Shown here one piece after another: positions 29,003-37,451 of a stretch of DNA of 37,451 nt. The position numbers and the translations under genes were made by a program. The stretch covers positions 1 through 37,451 of the forward strand of contig DATFJA010000064.1 of NCBI GenBank assembly GCA_035269545.1, given 5' to 3'. This DNA comes from Salegentibacter sp. GTDB taxonomy: Bacteria; Bacteroidota; Bacteroidia; Flavobacteriales; Flavobacteriaceae. Positions within the stretch are counted from its first letter, which is position 1, and the number at the start of each line of letters is the position of its first letter. The notes under the pieces were generated by a model that was not told the DNA's origin, ran no database searches, and was given only the letters and a program-made list of their open reading frames with translations.

Positions 29003-31123
29003 CTAGTAGAATCTCGCACGGTTATCTTCAATTTCTGCTTTTTCGCGTAGTGCTTCAAAAAGTCTTTGAGAAGCATTCTGTCTTCTTTCAGCAGTTTCCT
29101 GCTGAGCAATCCCACTATAAGAATTCATTGCAGGTGCTTCATTTTTACTTTCAAGCTCTACGACATACACTCCGTTATTTCCAGCAATAGGATCAGTTAC
29201 ACTACCCGGCTCTAAAGCAAATACAGCTCCTACTACTTCTGGTTCTCTACCTGCACCCGGTAATGTTGGGCTACCAAGATTAACAGCATTTGCAGTTTGT
29301 ACTGTAGTATTGTTATTAGAAGCTATCTCCTGTAGGTTATCGCTGTTGATTCTTTCTTTTAGAATTTCAGCTTTCTTTTCTTTTGTAAGAATTGGAAGGA
29401 CTTTAGATGAAGCATTTTCCGCAGTCATCAAACCTTCTTTATTTTTAGCTGTTAATTGAGCAACAACATATCCAGATGGAATATCAAAACGTTTAATGTC
29501 GCCAACGTTAGCTTCGTCTTCAAATGCCCACTGAACAATTCTTCTTTGTTGTCCAACCCCGGGAATATTTTCATCTAAAGCTTTAACATTGTTAACTGTT
29601 CTAATGTTGTAATTTTCTTCTTTAGCAACCTCTGCAAAATCTCCTTCACCCGCAGCGATCTCAAACTTAGTAGTTTCATTAAACAAGTTGTTTCTGGAAC
29701 GCTCTGAAGCTTCAATCTCTCTGGCAATAGTGGCAATTTTTACCGCTTTTTCCCTCTCGGTTTGTTCTTCAATATGAATTACGTGGTAACCAAAATCGGT
29801 TTCCACAACACCAACATCTCCAGGATTATTATCCAAAACATAACTATCAAATTCTGATACCATATCTCCAGGTCCAAAATAACCAAGGTCTCCACCATCC
29901 TGGTTGTTAGAACGGTCTGCAGAAAATTCGGCTGCTAATTCAGCGAATTTATCTTTATCATTTCTAATAACGTTGGCAAGGCTATCGGCCAAAGCTTCTG
30001 CCTCTTGCTTACTTCTAGTTACATCTGGCGCAAATTGTTGCCCCTGGTAAGCCACAAGAATATGACTTGCTTTGGTTGAATCTGGAATTTCTTTGGTTTC
30101 TACCAGTTTAGAAAGTTTGAAATAGCCATCTTCCTTATAAGGTCCAAAAGTTTCACCTTCATTTAAATTGAAAAGATCATCAGCAAATTCAGAAGGAAGT
30201 TCGTTTTTGAATTTAAACCTATCATCGTAAGGCAGGTCTGAATTTGATTCCACAAAATCTTCATAGTCATTTGTAGTATTAAATCCTGGTAAAGTATCAT
30301 TACTGCTAGTTACAGCATTATATTCTACACGGTTTTCTTGTAATGAGGTTAATGCTTCCTCAGACTCTTTTACATCTTCATCTGAAGCTTTCTCCTCAAA
30401 ATATACATACCTGATATTTCTAGAAGCTTCGGTTTCAAATTGCGAAGGATTTTCTTCGATATATGCTCTAATTTCATCTTTGCTCACCTCTACCTCGTCA
30501 TCTGAAACAGAAGAGTAAGGTAACTGAACGAAGCGAAGGTCTACGCTATTATTTTGAAAACGGTAAGCCTGCTCAGCTTCAGTGATTGTTGCTCCAATCC
30601 CGGCGGTTACCATAGAGAAATACATATTTTGACGGGCAATATCGCCCATGTTTTCCTCCATTTGCAGCCATTGCTCATAAGCCTCAGGCTGTGTAGATCT
30701 TAGGCTTGCAATATATTCTCGCACGCGATTTTCATCAAACATACCGGCTTCGTTTCTAAAAGCAGGATTGTTACCCATTTGCATCTTCATCACCTCTCTA
30801 ATTTGAGCTTTACCAGCTCTAATTCCAAGCTTCTCTAATTCTTCTTTAAGAATAGTTTCGCGAAGGGTTTGTTCCCAAACCTGGTTTACAGCCTGGCTGG
30901 TGCTTGCATTTGCACCCATTTGACGCTGATAACCTTCTACCTGCCGGGCAAATTCTTCCCTGCTCACCTCTTCACCATTTATGGTTGCAATAGTGTTTTG
31001 GTCTTTTTGCGAAGAAAAGCCTCCGTTACGAATTACATCGGCAAGCACAAAAGAAAATAGTGCCAATGCAATGATGATGATCAAGAAAACAGAACGTTGT
31101 CTGATTTTATTTAATACTGCCAT
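29003..31123 (-). CDS. ppiD: PpiD-like periplasmic chaperone/peptidyl-prolyl isomerase
   Basis: N-terminal TM, SurA_N-like region, parvulin motifs KASHILV, GGDLGYF and ETDFGYHVI. Confidence 0.88.
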   Translation of the reverse strand: MAVLNKIRQRSVFLIIIIALALFSFVLADVIRNGGFSSQKDQNTIATINGEEVSREEFARQVEGYQRQMGANASTSQAVNQVWEQTLRETILKEELEKLGIRAGKAQIREVMKMQMGNNPAFRNEAGMFDENRVREYIASLRSTQPEAYEQWLQMEENMGDIARQNMYFSMVTAGIGATITEAEQAYRFQNNSVDLRFVQLPYSSVSDDEVEVSKDEIRAYIEENPSQFETEASRNIRYVYFEEKASDEDVKESEEALTSLQENRVEYNAVTSSNDTLPGFNTTNDYEDFVESNSDLPYDDRFKFKNELPSEFADDLFNLNEGETFGPYKEDGYFKLSKLVETKEIPDSTKASHILVAYQGQQFAPDVTRSKQEAEALADSLANVIRNDKDKFAELAAEFSADRSNNQDGGDLGYFGPGDMVSEFDSYVLDNNPGDVGVVETDFGYHVIHIEEQTEREKAVKIATIAREIEASERSRNNLFNETTKFEIAAGEGDFAEVAKEENYNIRTVNNVKALDENIPGVGQQRRIVQWAFEDEANVGDIKRFDIPSGYVVAQLTAKNKEGLMTAENASSKVLPILTKEKKAEILKERINSDNLQEIASNNNTTVQTANAVNLGSPTLPGAGREPEVVGAVFALEPGSVTDPIAGNNGVYVVELESKNEAPAMNSYSGIAQQETAERRQNASQRLFEALREKAEIEDNRARFY

Positions 31124-31218
31124 TTGTAGTTGTTATTTATCGAAATATAGTGGGCGAAAATAATGTTTTTAACCTAATTATAAAACTTATAATTAGCAAA
31201 ATATTAACTAATCGCTAT

Positions 31219-32508
31219 TTAATCTGACGACTTGATTTGTAATTCTACCAATTCTATTTTGGTATTGGAAACTTCTAATATTTTAAATAGAAAATTATCT
31301 ATCTCTAATTCTTCATTCTGCCTGGGAATTTCCTCGGTATGATTTACAATATAACCGCCAAGGGTTTCGTAATTTTCACCTTCAGGAACATTCAGTTTAT
31401 AGTTTTCATTTAAATAATCTACTTCCAACCTGGCAGAAAATTTGTAGTGCGATTCCCCTAATTCTTCTTCAGTAAGCACCACGGGATCGTGTTCATCCTG
31501 AATTTCACCAAAAAGTTCTTCAACAATGTCTTCTACGGTGATCATACCGCTGGTTCCACCATACTCGTCAATAACTACAGCTATACTTTTTCGTTTCTTG
31601 GTAAGATTATCCAAAACATCTTTTACCCACATCGTTTCGGGTACAAAAACAACCGGCAGGAGTATAGATTTTATAGATTCAGGCTTTTTAAAAAGTTCGA
31701 ATGAATGCACATAACCTATAACATCATCTATGGTCTCGTTAAAAATTAAAAGTTTTGAAAGACCGGTTTCGGTAAAAGTATTAATAAGATCTTTTGGAGC
31801 CTGGTGTTGGTCTACTGCGATGATTTCAGTTCTTGGCACCATTACCTCCCTTGCTTTTATGTCTGAAAATTGCAGGGCATTTTGAAAAATTTGAATTTCA
31901 GAATCTACCACTTCATCGTCTTCAACAGTTTCCATCTGCTCGTTGATAAAGTTCCCTAACTCAACTTTACTAAAAGCCAGTTGAACCTCGTCCCCCTCAG
32001 TTTTAAAAAATCTTTTTAAAATAAAATCGGAGACCCATATTACGAAAGAAGAAACGAAACTAAACAGCAAATAGAAAAGGTACGCCGGAAACGCGAAGAA
32101 TTTAAGCATTGAATTTGCGTAAATCTGGAAAAACACCTTCGGAAGAAATTCGGCTGTAAGCAAAATAACCAAAGTAGAAATTACAGTTTGTGTCAACAAG
32201 TTCAAATCTACCACAAGGTATTCTAAGAAAGCGCTGTTTAACGGCTGCAAACCCTGCAGCCAATTCATAAGCAAATCGCCCATAAAAAATCCATAAACCA
32301 CCAGGGCAATATTATTACCCACAAGCATAGTAGCAATAAACTTTGAAGGCTTTTTGGTTAGTCTCTTTAAAACCGTGGCCAAAAAGTCATTTTGGCGTTT
32401 TTCAATTTCAATATAGATCTTATTGGAAGAAATATAGGCAATCTCCATCCCCGAAAAGAAAGCAGATAAAATTAAGGAAAGGACAATTATAAGAATTTCA
32501 ACTTCCAT
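31219..32508 (-). CDS. HlyC/CorC (CNNM) family protein: DUF21, CBS pair and CorC domain
   Basis: Motifs SAFFSGMEIA, LVGNN, EFLPK, VMVPR and VIDEYGGTSG..TVEDIVEE. Confidence 0.92.
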   Translation of the reverse strand: MEVEILIIVLSLILSAFFSGMEIAYISSNKIYIEIEKRQNDFLATVLKRLTKKPSKFIATMLVGNNIALVVYGFFMGDLLMNWLQGLQPLNSAFLEYLVVDLNLLTQTVISTLVILLTAEFLPKVFFQIYANSMLKFFAFPAYLFYLLFSFVSSFVIWVSDFILKRFFKTEGDEVQLAFSKVELGNFINEQMETVEDDEVVDSEIQIFQNALQFSDIKAREVMVPRTEIIAVDQHQAPKDLINTFTETGLSKLLIFNETIDDVIGYVHSFELFKKPESIKSILLPVVFVPETMWVKDVLDNLTKKRKSIAVVIDEYGGTSGMITVEDIVEELFGEIQDEHDPVVLTEEELGESHYKFSARLEVDYLNENYKLNVPEGENYETLGGYIVNHTEEIPRQNEELEIDNFLFKILEVSNTKIELVELQIKSSD

Positions 32509-32705
32509 TATTCTTCTTTATTACGCTCTTCAATCTTACGCCTAAACCGCCTTTTAAAGAAGAACATAAATATAGATATAAAGACAAAAAAGATGAATAA
32601 ATAAGACCTACTACGCTCTGTATTCCAAATTCTGAAACTTTCATAAAGAAAAAAAGCGGCTATAAATAAGTAAGCGTATTCGAAGTATTTAAAATATTTA
32701 CTCAT
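32508..32705 (-). CDS. Hypothetical small 2-TM protein with a basic tail
   Basis: 65 aa, overlaps both neighbours; aromatic TM segments followed by KRRFRRK. Confidence 0.75.
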   Translation of the reverse strand: MSKYFKYFEYAYLFIAAFFLYESFRIWNTERSRSYLFIFFVFISIFMFFFKRRFRRKIEERNKEE

Positions 32706-33270
32706 CAGGTTGATCGTCTTTAATTATTTGAACCCCAACATTGGTTCTTGACCGAAAATTACCGAAATTTTGATTAGCATCAAAACCTTCACCTTCGTTA
32801 ATTGCCCCATTTGGGAATTTAATAGTATTGGGTTTATCGGTAAAGATCCAGTTGATATTTTGGTCCCAAAATAACTGCGATGCCTCCAGGCGCATGCTAT
32901 CGGCTGTGAAAATCACCACATTCCCCTGTAGATCTATAAGATTGGTTCCGTCGTAAATAATTCCATAATCTGAAGTTACCGTACTTTTCTCATTATTCTC
33001 GTCGTAGATCTCCAACTCCAAACCTTCGGGAAATTCGCGGTAAGGAAATTCTTTGTTGGTAAAATCCTTCATTTTAGGGCTTTTTAAGTTGGCCACCATT
33101 CTCCCGGAATCTGTATACTTAAGATTGATTCCTTCGGCAATAGCTTGCGGAGCGTCACCTTCAATATCCAACGCTCTTATTTCGTTTAGATTACCCTGAC
33201 ATGAAAAAAGCATTGTCACGCCTAGAAGCGTGACAATGCCAGTTATTATTTCCTTATATGTTAATCTCAT
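32698..33270 (-). CDS. lptC: LPS export periplasmic protein LptC-like, lipoprotein-type signal
   Basis: LFSC lipobox; beta-jellyroll-like motifs YTDSG, EFPEG, LQGNVVI, QLFWD and IFTD. Confidence 0.8.
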   Translation of the reverse strand: MRLTYKEIITGIVTLLGVTMLFSCQGNLNEIRALDIEGDAPQAIAEGINLKYTDSGRMVANLKSPKMKDFTNKEFPYREFPEGLELEIYDENNEKSTVTSDYGIIYDGTNLIDLQGNVVIFTADSMRLEASQLFWDQNINWIFTDKPNTIKFPNGAINEGEGFDANQNFGNFRSRTNVGVQIIKDDQPDE

Positions 33271-33271
33271 A

Positions 33272-34645
33272 TTACATTTGTGGGATACGAACAGTTTCCC
33301 CTATCCAACATCCGATCCTTATAGCTTCACCGGCACTTCTACCTTGTTGAAACACATCAGATTTTTGTGGCGCTCTACCTCTATAAGCAGTAGCAGTTTG
33401 ATTTGCGTTAGATGCGATAGATGGATCTACCCTTGCAGCTCTTGCAGCATAATCTGCAGCTAACCAATACACAGCTCTTTTATCAAAAGTAGTTTCTCCA
33501 CAGCTGTTTGCACTTTGAGCAATCATATTCGCTATTTGCAAGTATGCTCTACCTAAAGATGGTTTAGCACTAATTGCTTTTCTATAAAAGTTTCTAGCCT
33601 GAGAAAAACTTCCTCTTTCCTTGTAATTAGAAGCGATTCTATAGTAAATTCTAGCCTGATCACTAGGATCTTCTTCTAATTCTGCAGCTTCGGTATAATA
33701 ATCTAAAGCTTTTGCTCTATCGCCATCAGCTTCAGCCAACTGCCCTAAAGAGTAAGCAGAATTTGCAGAAGGCTCTAATTGGTGTAATGCCTCAGATACC
33801 TGGAAAAACAATGGATCTTCTGTACAATCTTTAGCAGACAATCTTGCGTTTGCATTCTGTAACCAATCTACATCAGATTTTTTCTCATTAAAATCTTTCT
33901 TATAAAGCGGGATTAAGTTATCACAATCTGCTCTGGCACCAAGCTTAGCATTTAAAGCGCCTTTTACCATATTGTAATTTTTCAAATTAATCTCAGCATA
34001 TTTAATTTGCTTCTTTTCCTTAGCGGTAAGATCTTCACCTGCATCTTGCTTTTCAATAAGCGGCGCTAATTTCACAGCTGCTTTATTTTCTTCTTCTTCA
34101 ATTTTCGCCATTACTTTATCGTAATTATCAAAAACATCCTGAAGTTCCCTATCCCCGGCGTCCTGCATATCTACCATTAACTGAAAATAAGCATAAAGAC
34201 CTTTTGGGCTGGTAAAGTTCTCACGATCTTCCGTATAAACTCTATCGAAAGAATCATAAAGCTCTTCGGTAGAACCAATTTTGTTATCAAATTTTATTTG
34301 AGCGATATCTGAATACACTTTCCCTTTCGAGGTTTTATTTGGAAATAACTCCAAACGTTCTTCCCAAAGGCTAATAAGTTCTTTTATATACTGCTCCTTC
34401 TCTGCACCTTCAGCATTCTCAATTTTATAGTTAAGAGCACGCTCCCCATACTGGAAAGTAGCCAAACTATATTTTGGACACTCTTCTCTAACTTTCATTA
34501 AAGGTTCATAAGCAGCATCATAATTTTTAGCCTTGGCATCATCGTAAGCCAAAGCGGCCATTGTTGCACAATCATTAGACTGGGCGCTTAGAACACTTGA
34601 ACCTAGAACGGCCCCTGTAATTAATGCTATAAATCTCGCTTTCAT
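33272..34645 (-). CDS. Exported tetratricopeptide-repeat protein
   Basis: Signal peptide ending LSA-Q; TPR-like helices (AYSLGQ, ARNFYRKAI, AYLQIA); six Cys. Confidence 0.82.
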   Translation of the reverse strand: MKARFIALITGAVLGSSVLSAQSNDCATMAALAYDDAKAKNYDAAYEPLMKVREECPKYSLATFQYGERALNYKIENAEGAEKEQYIKELISLWEERLELFPNKTSKGKVYSDIAQIKFDNKIGSTEELYDSFDRVYTEDRENFTSPKGLYAYFQLMVDMQDAGDRELQDVFDNYDKVMAKIEEEENKAAVKLAPLIEKQDAGEDLTAKEKKQIKYAEINLKNYNMVKGALNAKLGARADCDNLIPLYKKDFNEKKSDVDWLQNANARLSAKDCTEDPLFFQVSEALHQLEPSANSAYSLGQLAEADGDRAKALDYYTEAAELEEDPSDQARIYYRIASNYKERGSFSQARNFYRKAISAKPSLGRAYLQIANMIAQSANSCGETTFDKRAVYWLAADYAARAARVDPSIASNANQTATAYRGRAPQKSDVFQQGRSAGEAIRIGCWIGETVRIPQM

Positions 34646-34665
34646 TTTCTTGTTTGTTATCGTGG

Positions 34666-35919
34666 TTAATTAAATTTTCTTCTTTCAAACCATCTTCTTG
34701 CTTCGGTTAGGGAAAGCCCTACTGAAAGCCTGAAGAAATCTTCCTGAATTAATCCTGAATCTGTCGTACCGCGCTGACCATACTCGAATCCAAGGTTTAT
34801 ATTAGAAAATCCCGGTCCTACAGGTAATCCAACTCCAAAAGTAATGCCAAACTCATTAATGTCCTGGCTATTGATACTTAAACCGGTTTCCTCATACCTA
34901 AATCCAGCCCTGTAAACAATGCGGTTAAAGTAATTTGTAATAGAGTTATATTGTGGAATAAAATACCCACCAAATTTATACTGTGCTGCATTTGCAAAAT
35001 TTGCGTTTCCTCCTCCTGCACCATTCACACTTAAAAATGAATTATCGTCTGTACTTACATACTCACCTCCAAAGAACCATTTATTAGACCTTCCTAATCC
35101 CAAGCCAATGGTATACTTTGCGGGGAGTGTTAATTCCGAATCTGAAACATCTACATCTCGCTCATCAACTACTGTTTCCCCTCCGTTACCAGAAAAGGCT
35201 ATAGTTGCCAGTTGACGGGAATTCTCTGCATCTATATTTGTTGTTGGAGAATAAGTAGCCGCCGCGTGTAAGTTAAGTCCGTTTTTAAGTTTTTGCTGAA
35301 AATCGGCACCAAAATTATAACTAAAACCTAATAAATCTGTTCTGCTTATATCGCGAGTACCCAATTGCACCTCTTCACGAATGAGTGTTCTTTGGTTTTG
35401 AAGGTTTCCAAAATTATAATTAGCATCAACTCCAATACTCAATGAAGGAATTACCTGATAACCCGCAGAAAGAAACACTTTATTCATTCCGCCACGACCT
35501 TCCAGCCTGCTGGCAACAGATTCTCTAATATCTAAAATTCGATAACCAACAGAAGTATATGGCAAAACCCCAATACCAAAACCGAGATTTCCTCCAATAG
35601 GCACTCCTATTGCAAGATAGTCCAGAGAGGAAACTTTTGCATTATCATCTGCAGCATCTGAGTTTAAGATAAGTCTTTCGTGAGATCCTCCAACCGCATA
35701 AGTGGTTCTTCTCAACCTACCGTAACCGGCAGGATTTCTAAGGTTCAGATGAATACTATCAGAAAACATACTTAAGCCACCCATAGACCTGTTCTCTACA
35801 GTTCCTTTAAAAGTGTTAAGTCCAATCCCGTAATAAGAATAGGGAGATGATACATTCTCCTGAGCTGTAGCAACCACTGTAAAAAATACAGCTACGATTA
35901 CTATAAATCGTTTAATCAT
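34666..35919 (-). CDS. Outer-membrane beta-barrel protein, FadL-like
   Basis: Signal peptide; SPYSYYGIG, SMGG and NPAG; alternating beta-strand pattern; C-terminal WFERRKFN. Confidence 0.75.
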   Translation of the reverse strand: MIKRFIVIVAVFFTVVATAQENVSSPYSYYGIGLNTFKGTVENRSMGGLSMFSDSIHLNLRNPAGYGRLRRTTYAVGGSHERLILNSDAADDNAKVSSLDYLAIGVPIGGNLGFGIGVLPYTSVGYRILDIRESVASRLEGRGGMNKVFLSAGYQVIPSLSIGVDANYNFGNLQNQRTLIREEVQLGTRDISRTDLLGFSYNFGADFQQKLKNGLNLHAAATYSPTTNIDAENSRQLATIAFSGNGGETVVDERDVDVSDSELTLPAKYTIGLGLGRSNKWFFGGEYVSTDDNSFLSVNGAGGGNANFANAAQYKFGGYFIPQYNSITNYFNRIVYRAGFRYEETGLSINSQDINEFGITFGVGLPVGPGFSNINLGFEYGQRGTTDSGLIQEDFFRLSVGLSLTEARRWFERRKFN

Positions 35920-36647
35920 TGAGTCTTGTTAAATTCTAAAATGTAGTTTAAACCCTCTAAAAGAAAATTCGGGTTGGCAAATATGCTATTTTTTACCCGC
36001 TTTGACAAAATTTGCGTATCCCCTCCTGTTAAAATAACTGTTAAATATTTATAATCAGCCTTGTAGCGATCAATAATTCCATCTAGCTCTGCACTTACGC
36101 CATTTAGTACTCCAGATAAGATACTATTTTGAGTAGAATCGCCCACTAATGATATGTTTTCATCCAAATCTACCAGGGGAAGTTTAGCGGTAAAATGATT
36201 AAGAGCCTTTAACCTCATTTGCAAACCTGGAGAAATAGCTCCTCCGAGATATTCGTTCGATTCATTTTTAAAATCGAAAGTTATACAGGTTCCGGCATCT
36301 ATAATCAATAAATTTTTGTTCTGATAGTTCAAAGAACCCGCTGCCACTAAAGCCAGTCGGTCTTTTCCTAAAGTTTGGGGTGAGGCATAGTTGTTTTTAA
36401 ACGGAAGTTTAGTGTTTTCGTTTAACAAATAGAGCTTAGTTTCTTTTTCCAGATTTTTTTCAAGCACTGAAACATCTTTTATTACCGATGAAAGAATGGA
36501 AAAAGCGATCTGCGGATAATCTTTCTTTATTTCCTGAAATTTTTCAAAAAATTTTTCGATTGGAGATGTATAAGACTTTAAAAGTTTAGATTCTTGAAAA
36601 ACAGCAAGTTTTGCAGAAGAATTACCTACGTCAACGATTAAATTCAT
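35916..36647 (-). CDS. coaX: Type III pantothenate kinase
   Basis: Motifs VDVGNS, LGKDR, IIDAGTCIT, GGAISPG and LTGGD. Confidence 0.95.
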   Translation of the reverse strand: MNLIVDVGNSSAKLAVFQESKLLKSYTSPIEKFFEKFQEIKKDYPQIAFSILSSVIKDVSVLEKNLEKETKLYLLNENTKLPFKNNYASPQTLGKDRLALVAAGSLNYQNKNLLIIDAGTCITFDFKNESNEYLGGAISPGLQMRLKALNHFTAKLPLVDLDENISLVGDSTQNSILSGVLNGVSAELDGIIDRYKADYKYLTVILTGGDTQILSKRVKNSIFANPNFLLEGLNYILEFNKTQ

Positions 36648-36698
36648 AGTAATTTGATTGTGCTGGCTAAATTACAAAAGCATTTTTTTAAAATTTCC

Positions 36699-36730
36699 TT
36701 TGTGAGATTATAAAAATGAATATATATTTG
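36699..36730 (+). promoter_or_regulatory. Bacteroidota sigma-A promoter of tRNA-Phe
   Basis: -33 TTTG at 36699-36702, 20-nt spacer, -7 TATATTTG at 36723-36730. Confidence 0.8.
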
Positions 36731-36755
36731 CACCCGCTTACAACAATAAGCAACT

Positions 36756-36828
36756 GGTGCCTTAGCTCAGTTGGTAGAGCAAAGGACTGAAAATCCTTGT
36801 GTCCCTGGTTCGATTCCTGGAGGCACCA
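36756..36828 (+). tRNA. tRNA-Phe (GAA)
   Basis: Acceptor stem GGTGCCT/AGGCACC-A, D arm GCTCAGTTGGTAGAGC, anticodon arm AAGGA-CTGAAAA-TCCTT, T loop GTTCGATTC; followed by CCT, so CCA is not fully encoded. Confidence 0.98.
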
Positions 36829-36832
36829 CCTT

Positions 36833-36868
36833 AAAAGCCCGATACACTTTGTGTTTTCGGGCTTTTTT
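36833..36868 (+). terminator. Intrinsic terminator after tRNA-Phe
   Basis: aaaagcccga/tcgggctttt stem with a T-run. Confidence 0.8.
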
Positions 36869-36879
36869 AATTTTATACT

Positions 36880-37005
36880 ATGCATTATTTCTATCTTCTA
36901 TAAAGTAAAAAATTAGATAAGTTTTATATTAGTGGGATGGCTAACAAGGAAGGTATAGTGCAAAATATTAAGCTTCAATCATTCATTACTAAAGCAGGCA
37001 ACTGA
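36880..37005 (+). pseudogene. Decayed small GIY-YIG nuclease gene
   Basis: Frame reads MHYFYLL*SKKLDKFYISG...QSFITKAGN*, resembling the family pattern YxYILYS...KxYIG...SFT.KA.DW with stops at the Y and W positions. Confidence 0.65.
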
Positions 37006-37009
37006 CTAT

Positions 37010-37038
37010 AAAAATCCCGCATAACTTATACGGGATTT
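37010..37038 (-). terminator. Intrinsic terminator after the S41 peptidase gene
   Basis: aaatcccg/cgggattt stem with a U-run on the minus strand, 20 nt after the stop. Confidence 0.7.
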
Positions 37039-37058
37039 AGAATCTCATTATTTCCTAA

Positions 37059-37451
37059 CTAAGGTAATTCCTCTATATACATTCTTTGAAAAACAGGATT
37101 ATTCATTCCGCTTTCGCCAATTGTATGAAAGTTAGCTTCTGCTTTTTTCGCAGCCATAGATTTAGTAGCCTGAGACTTTCCGGTGAGGAAATTAATGGCA
37201 GCCTGTAACATTGGCTCTGATTTCTCACCTATAGTACCAAGGTTGTTAAGGTCTTCAGACAAACTAATATCAGGTGTTAATCCATTTACATAATCTGTTT
37301 TACCATTTGCATTAGCCGACTTAAAAACCAGTGGCTGCATCGCATAGGTATGGTTCTCATTTGCTCCTTCTTTTCTAAAATTCGAACTGTCATAAAGAGT
37401 TACCGAAGCCTGGAATTTTCCGGTTGTCTTCTCTCCTATTTGCACCACCTC
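37059..37451 (-). CDS. C-terminal part of a probable S41 family peptidase; 5' end beyond the window
   Basis: Open to the right edge; IGEKTTGK..ASVTLYDS, MQPLV, GLTPD and G...EPMLQAAI resemble Bacteroidota S41 peptidase C-termini. Confidence 0.7.
   Translation of the reverse strand, partial: EVVQIGEKTTGKFQASVTLYDSSNFRKEGANENHTYAMQPLVFKSANANGKTDYVNGLTPDISLSEDLNNLGTIGEKSEPMLQAAINFLTGKSQATKSMAAKKAEANFHTIGESGMNNPVFQRMYIEELP

Noticed and set aside
7169-33463. Many 60-130 aa ORFs overlapping core genes (for example 8707, 8843, 13826, 15443, 21487, 28930, 31489, 33230)
   Set aside because: They are nested in well-supported genes or terminators and have no motifs or independent expression signals.
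36688-36885. 65-aa minus-strand ORF
   Set aside because: It is the antisense reading of tRNA-Phe, its promoter and its terminator.
36756-37451. Genomic island integrated at tRNA-Phe
   Set aside because: No integrase or duplicated tRNA 3' end is visible; the missing encoded CCA is common and not evidence of integration.
1-37451. CRISPR array, IS element, prophage or defence system
   Set aside because: No repeat-spacer array, transposase, integrase, phage or defence gene was recognised on either strand.

Overview
AT-rich chromosomal window from a Bacteroidota bacterium, most likely Flavobacteriaceae (TAnnTTTG promoters, XrtF exosortase pair, GYDIA kinase, Gln after signal peptides). It is mostly intact core genome: purH-mreBCD-mrdA-rodA, tail-specific protease, surE-lpxB-NlpC/P60-comEC, DPP-IV/POT transporter/thioredoxin, HMG-CoA reductase with a GHMP kinase, ppiD, a coaX-barrel-TPR-lptC-CNNM operon and tRNA-Phe(GAA). 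The ORF track misses a CusA-type copper/silver RND pump (1-3397, minus) that runs off the left edge. No transposase, integrase, prophage or CRISPR array was seen. The best candidate for an undescribed system is at the left end: a Cys-rich HYC_CC_PP upstream ORF whose stop-codon region can pair (about 21 bp) with the cusA translation-initiation region, suggesting a metal-sensing leader-peptide switch. Other signals outside the ORF track are a mirror-symmetric heptamer array (5498-5564), a leaderless 26-aa ORF with its own promoter (14111-14191), a decayed GIY-YIG gene after tRNA-Phe, a nested REP-like palindrome, and a roughly 115-aa extra domain in the POT transporter. All calls come from reading the sequence; no searches were run.
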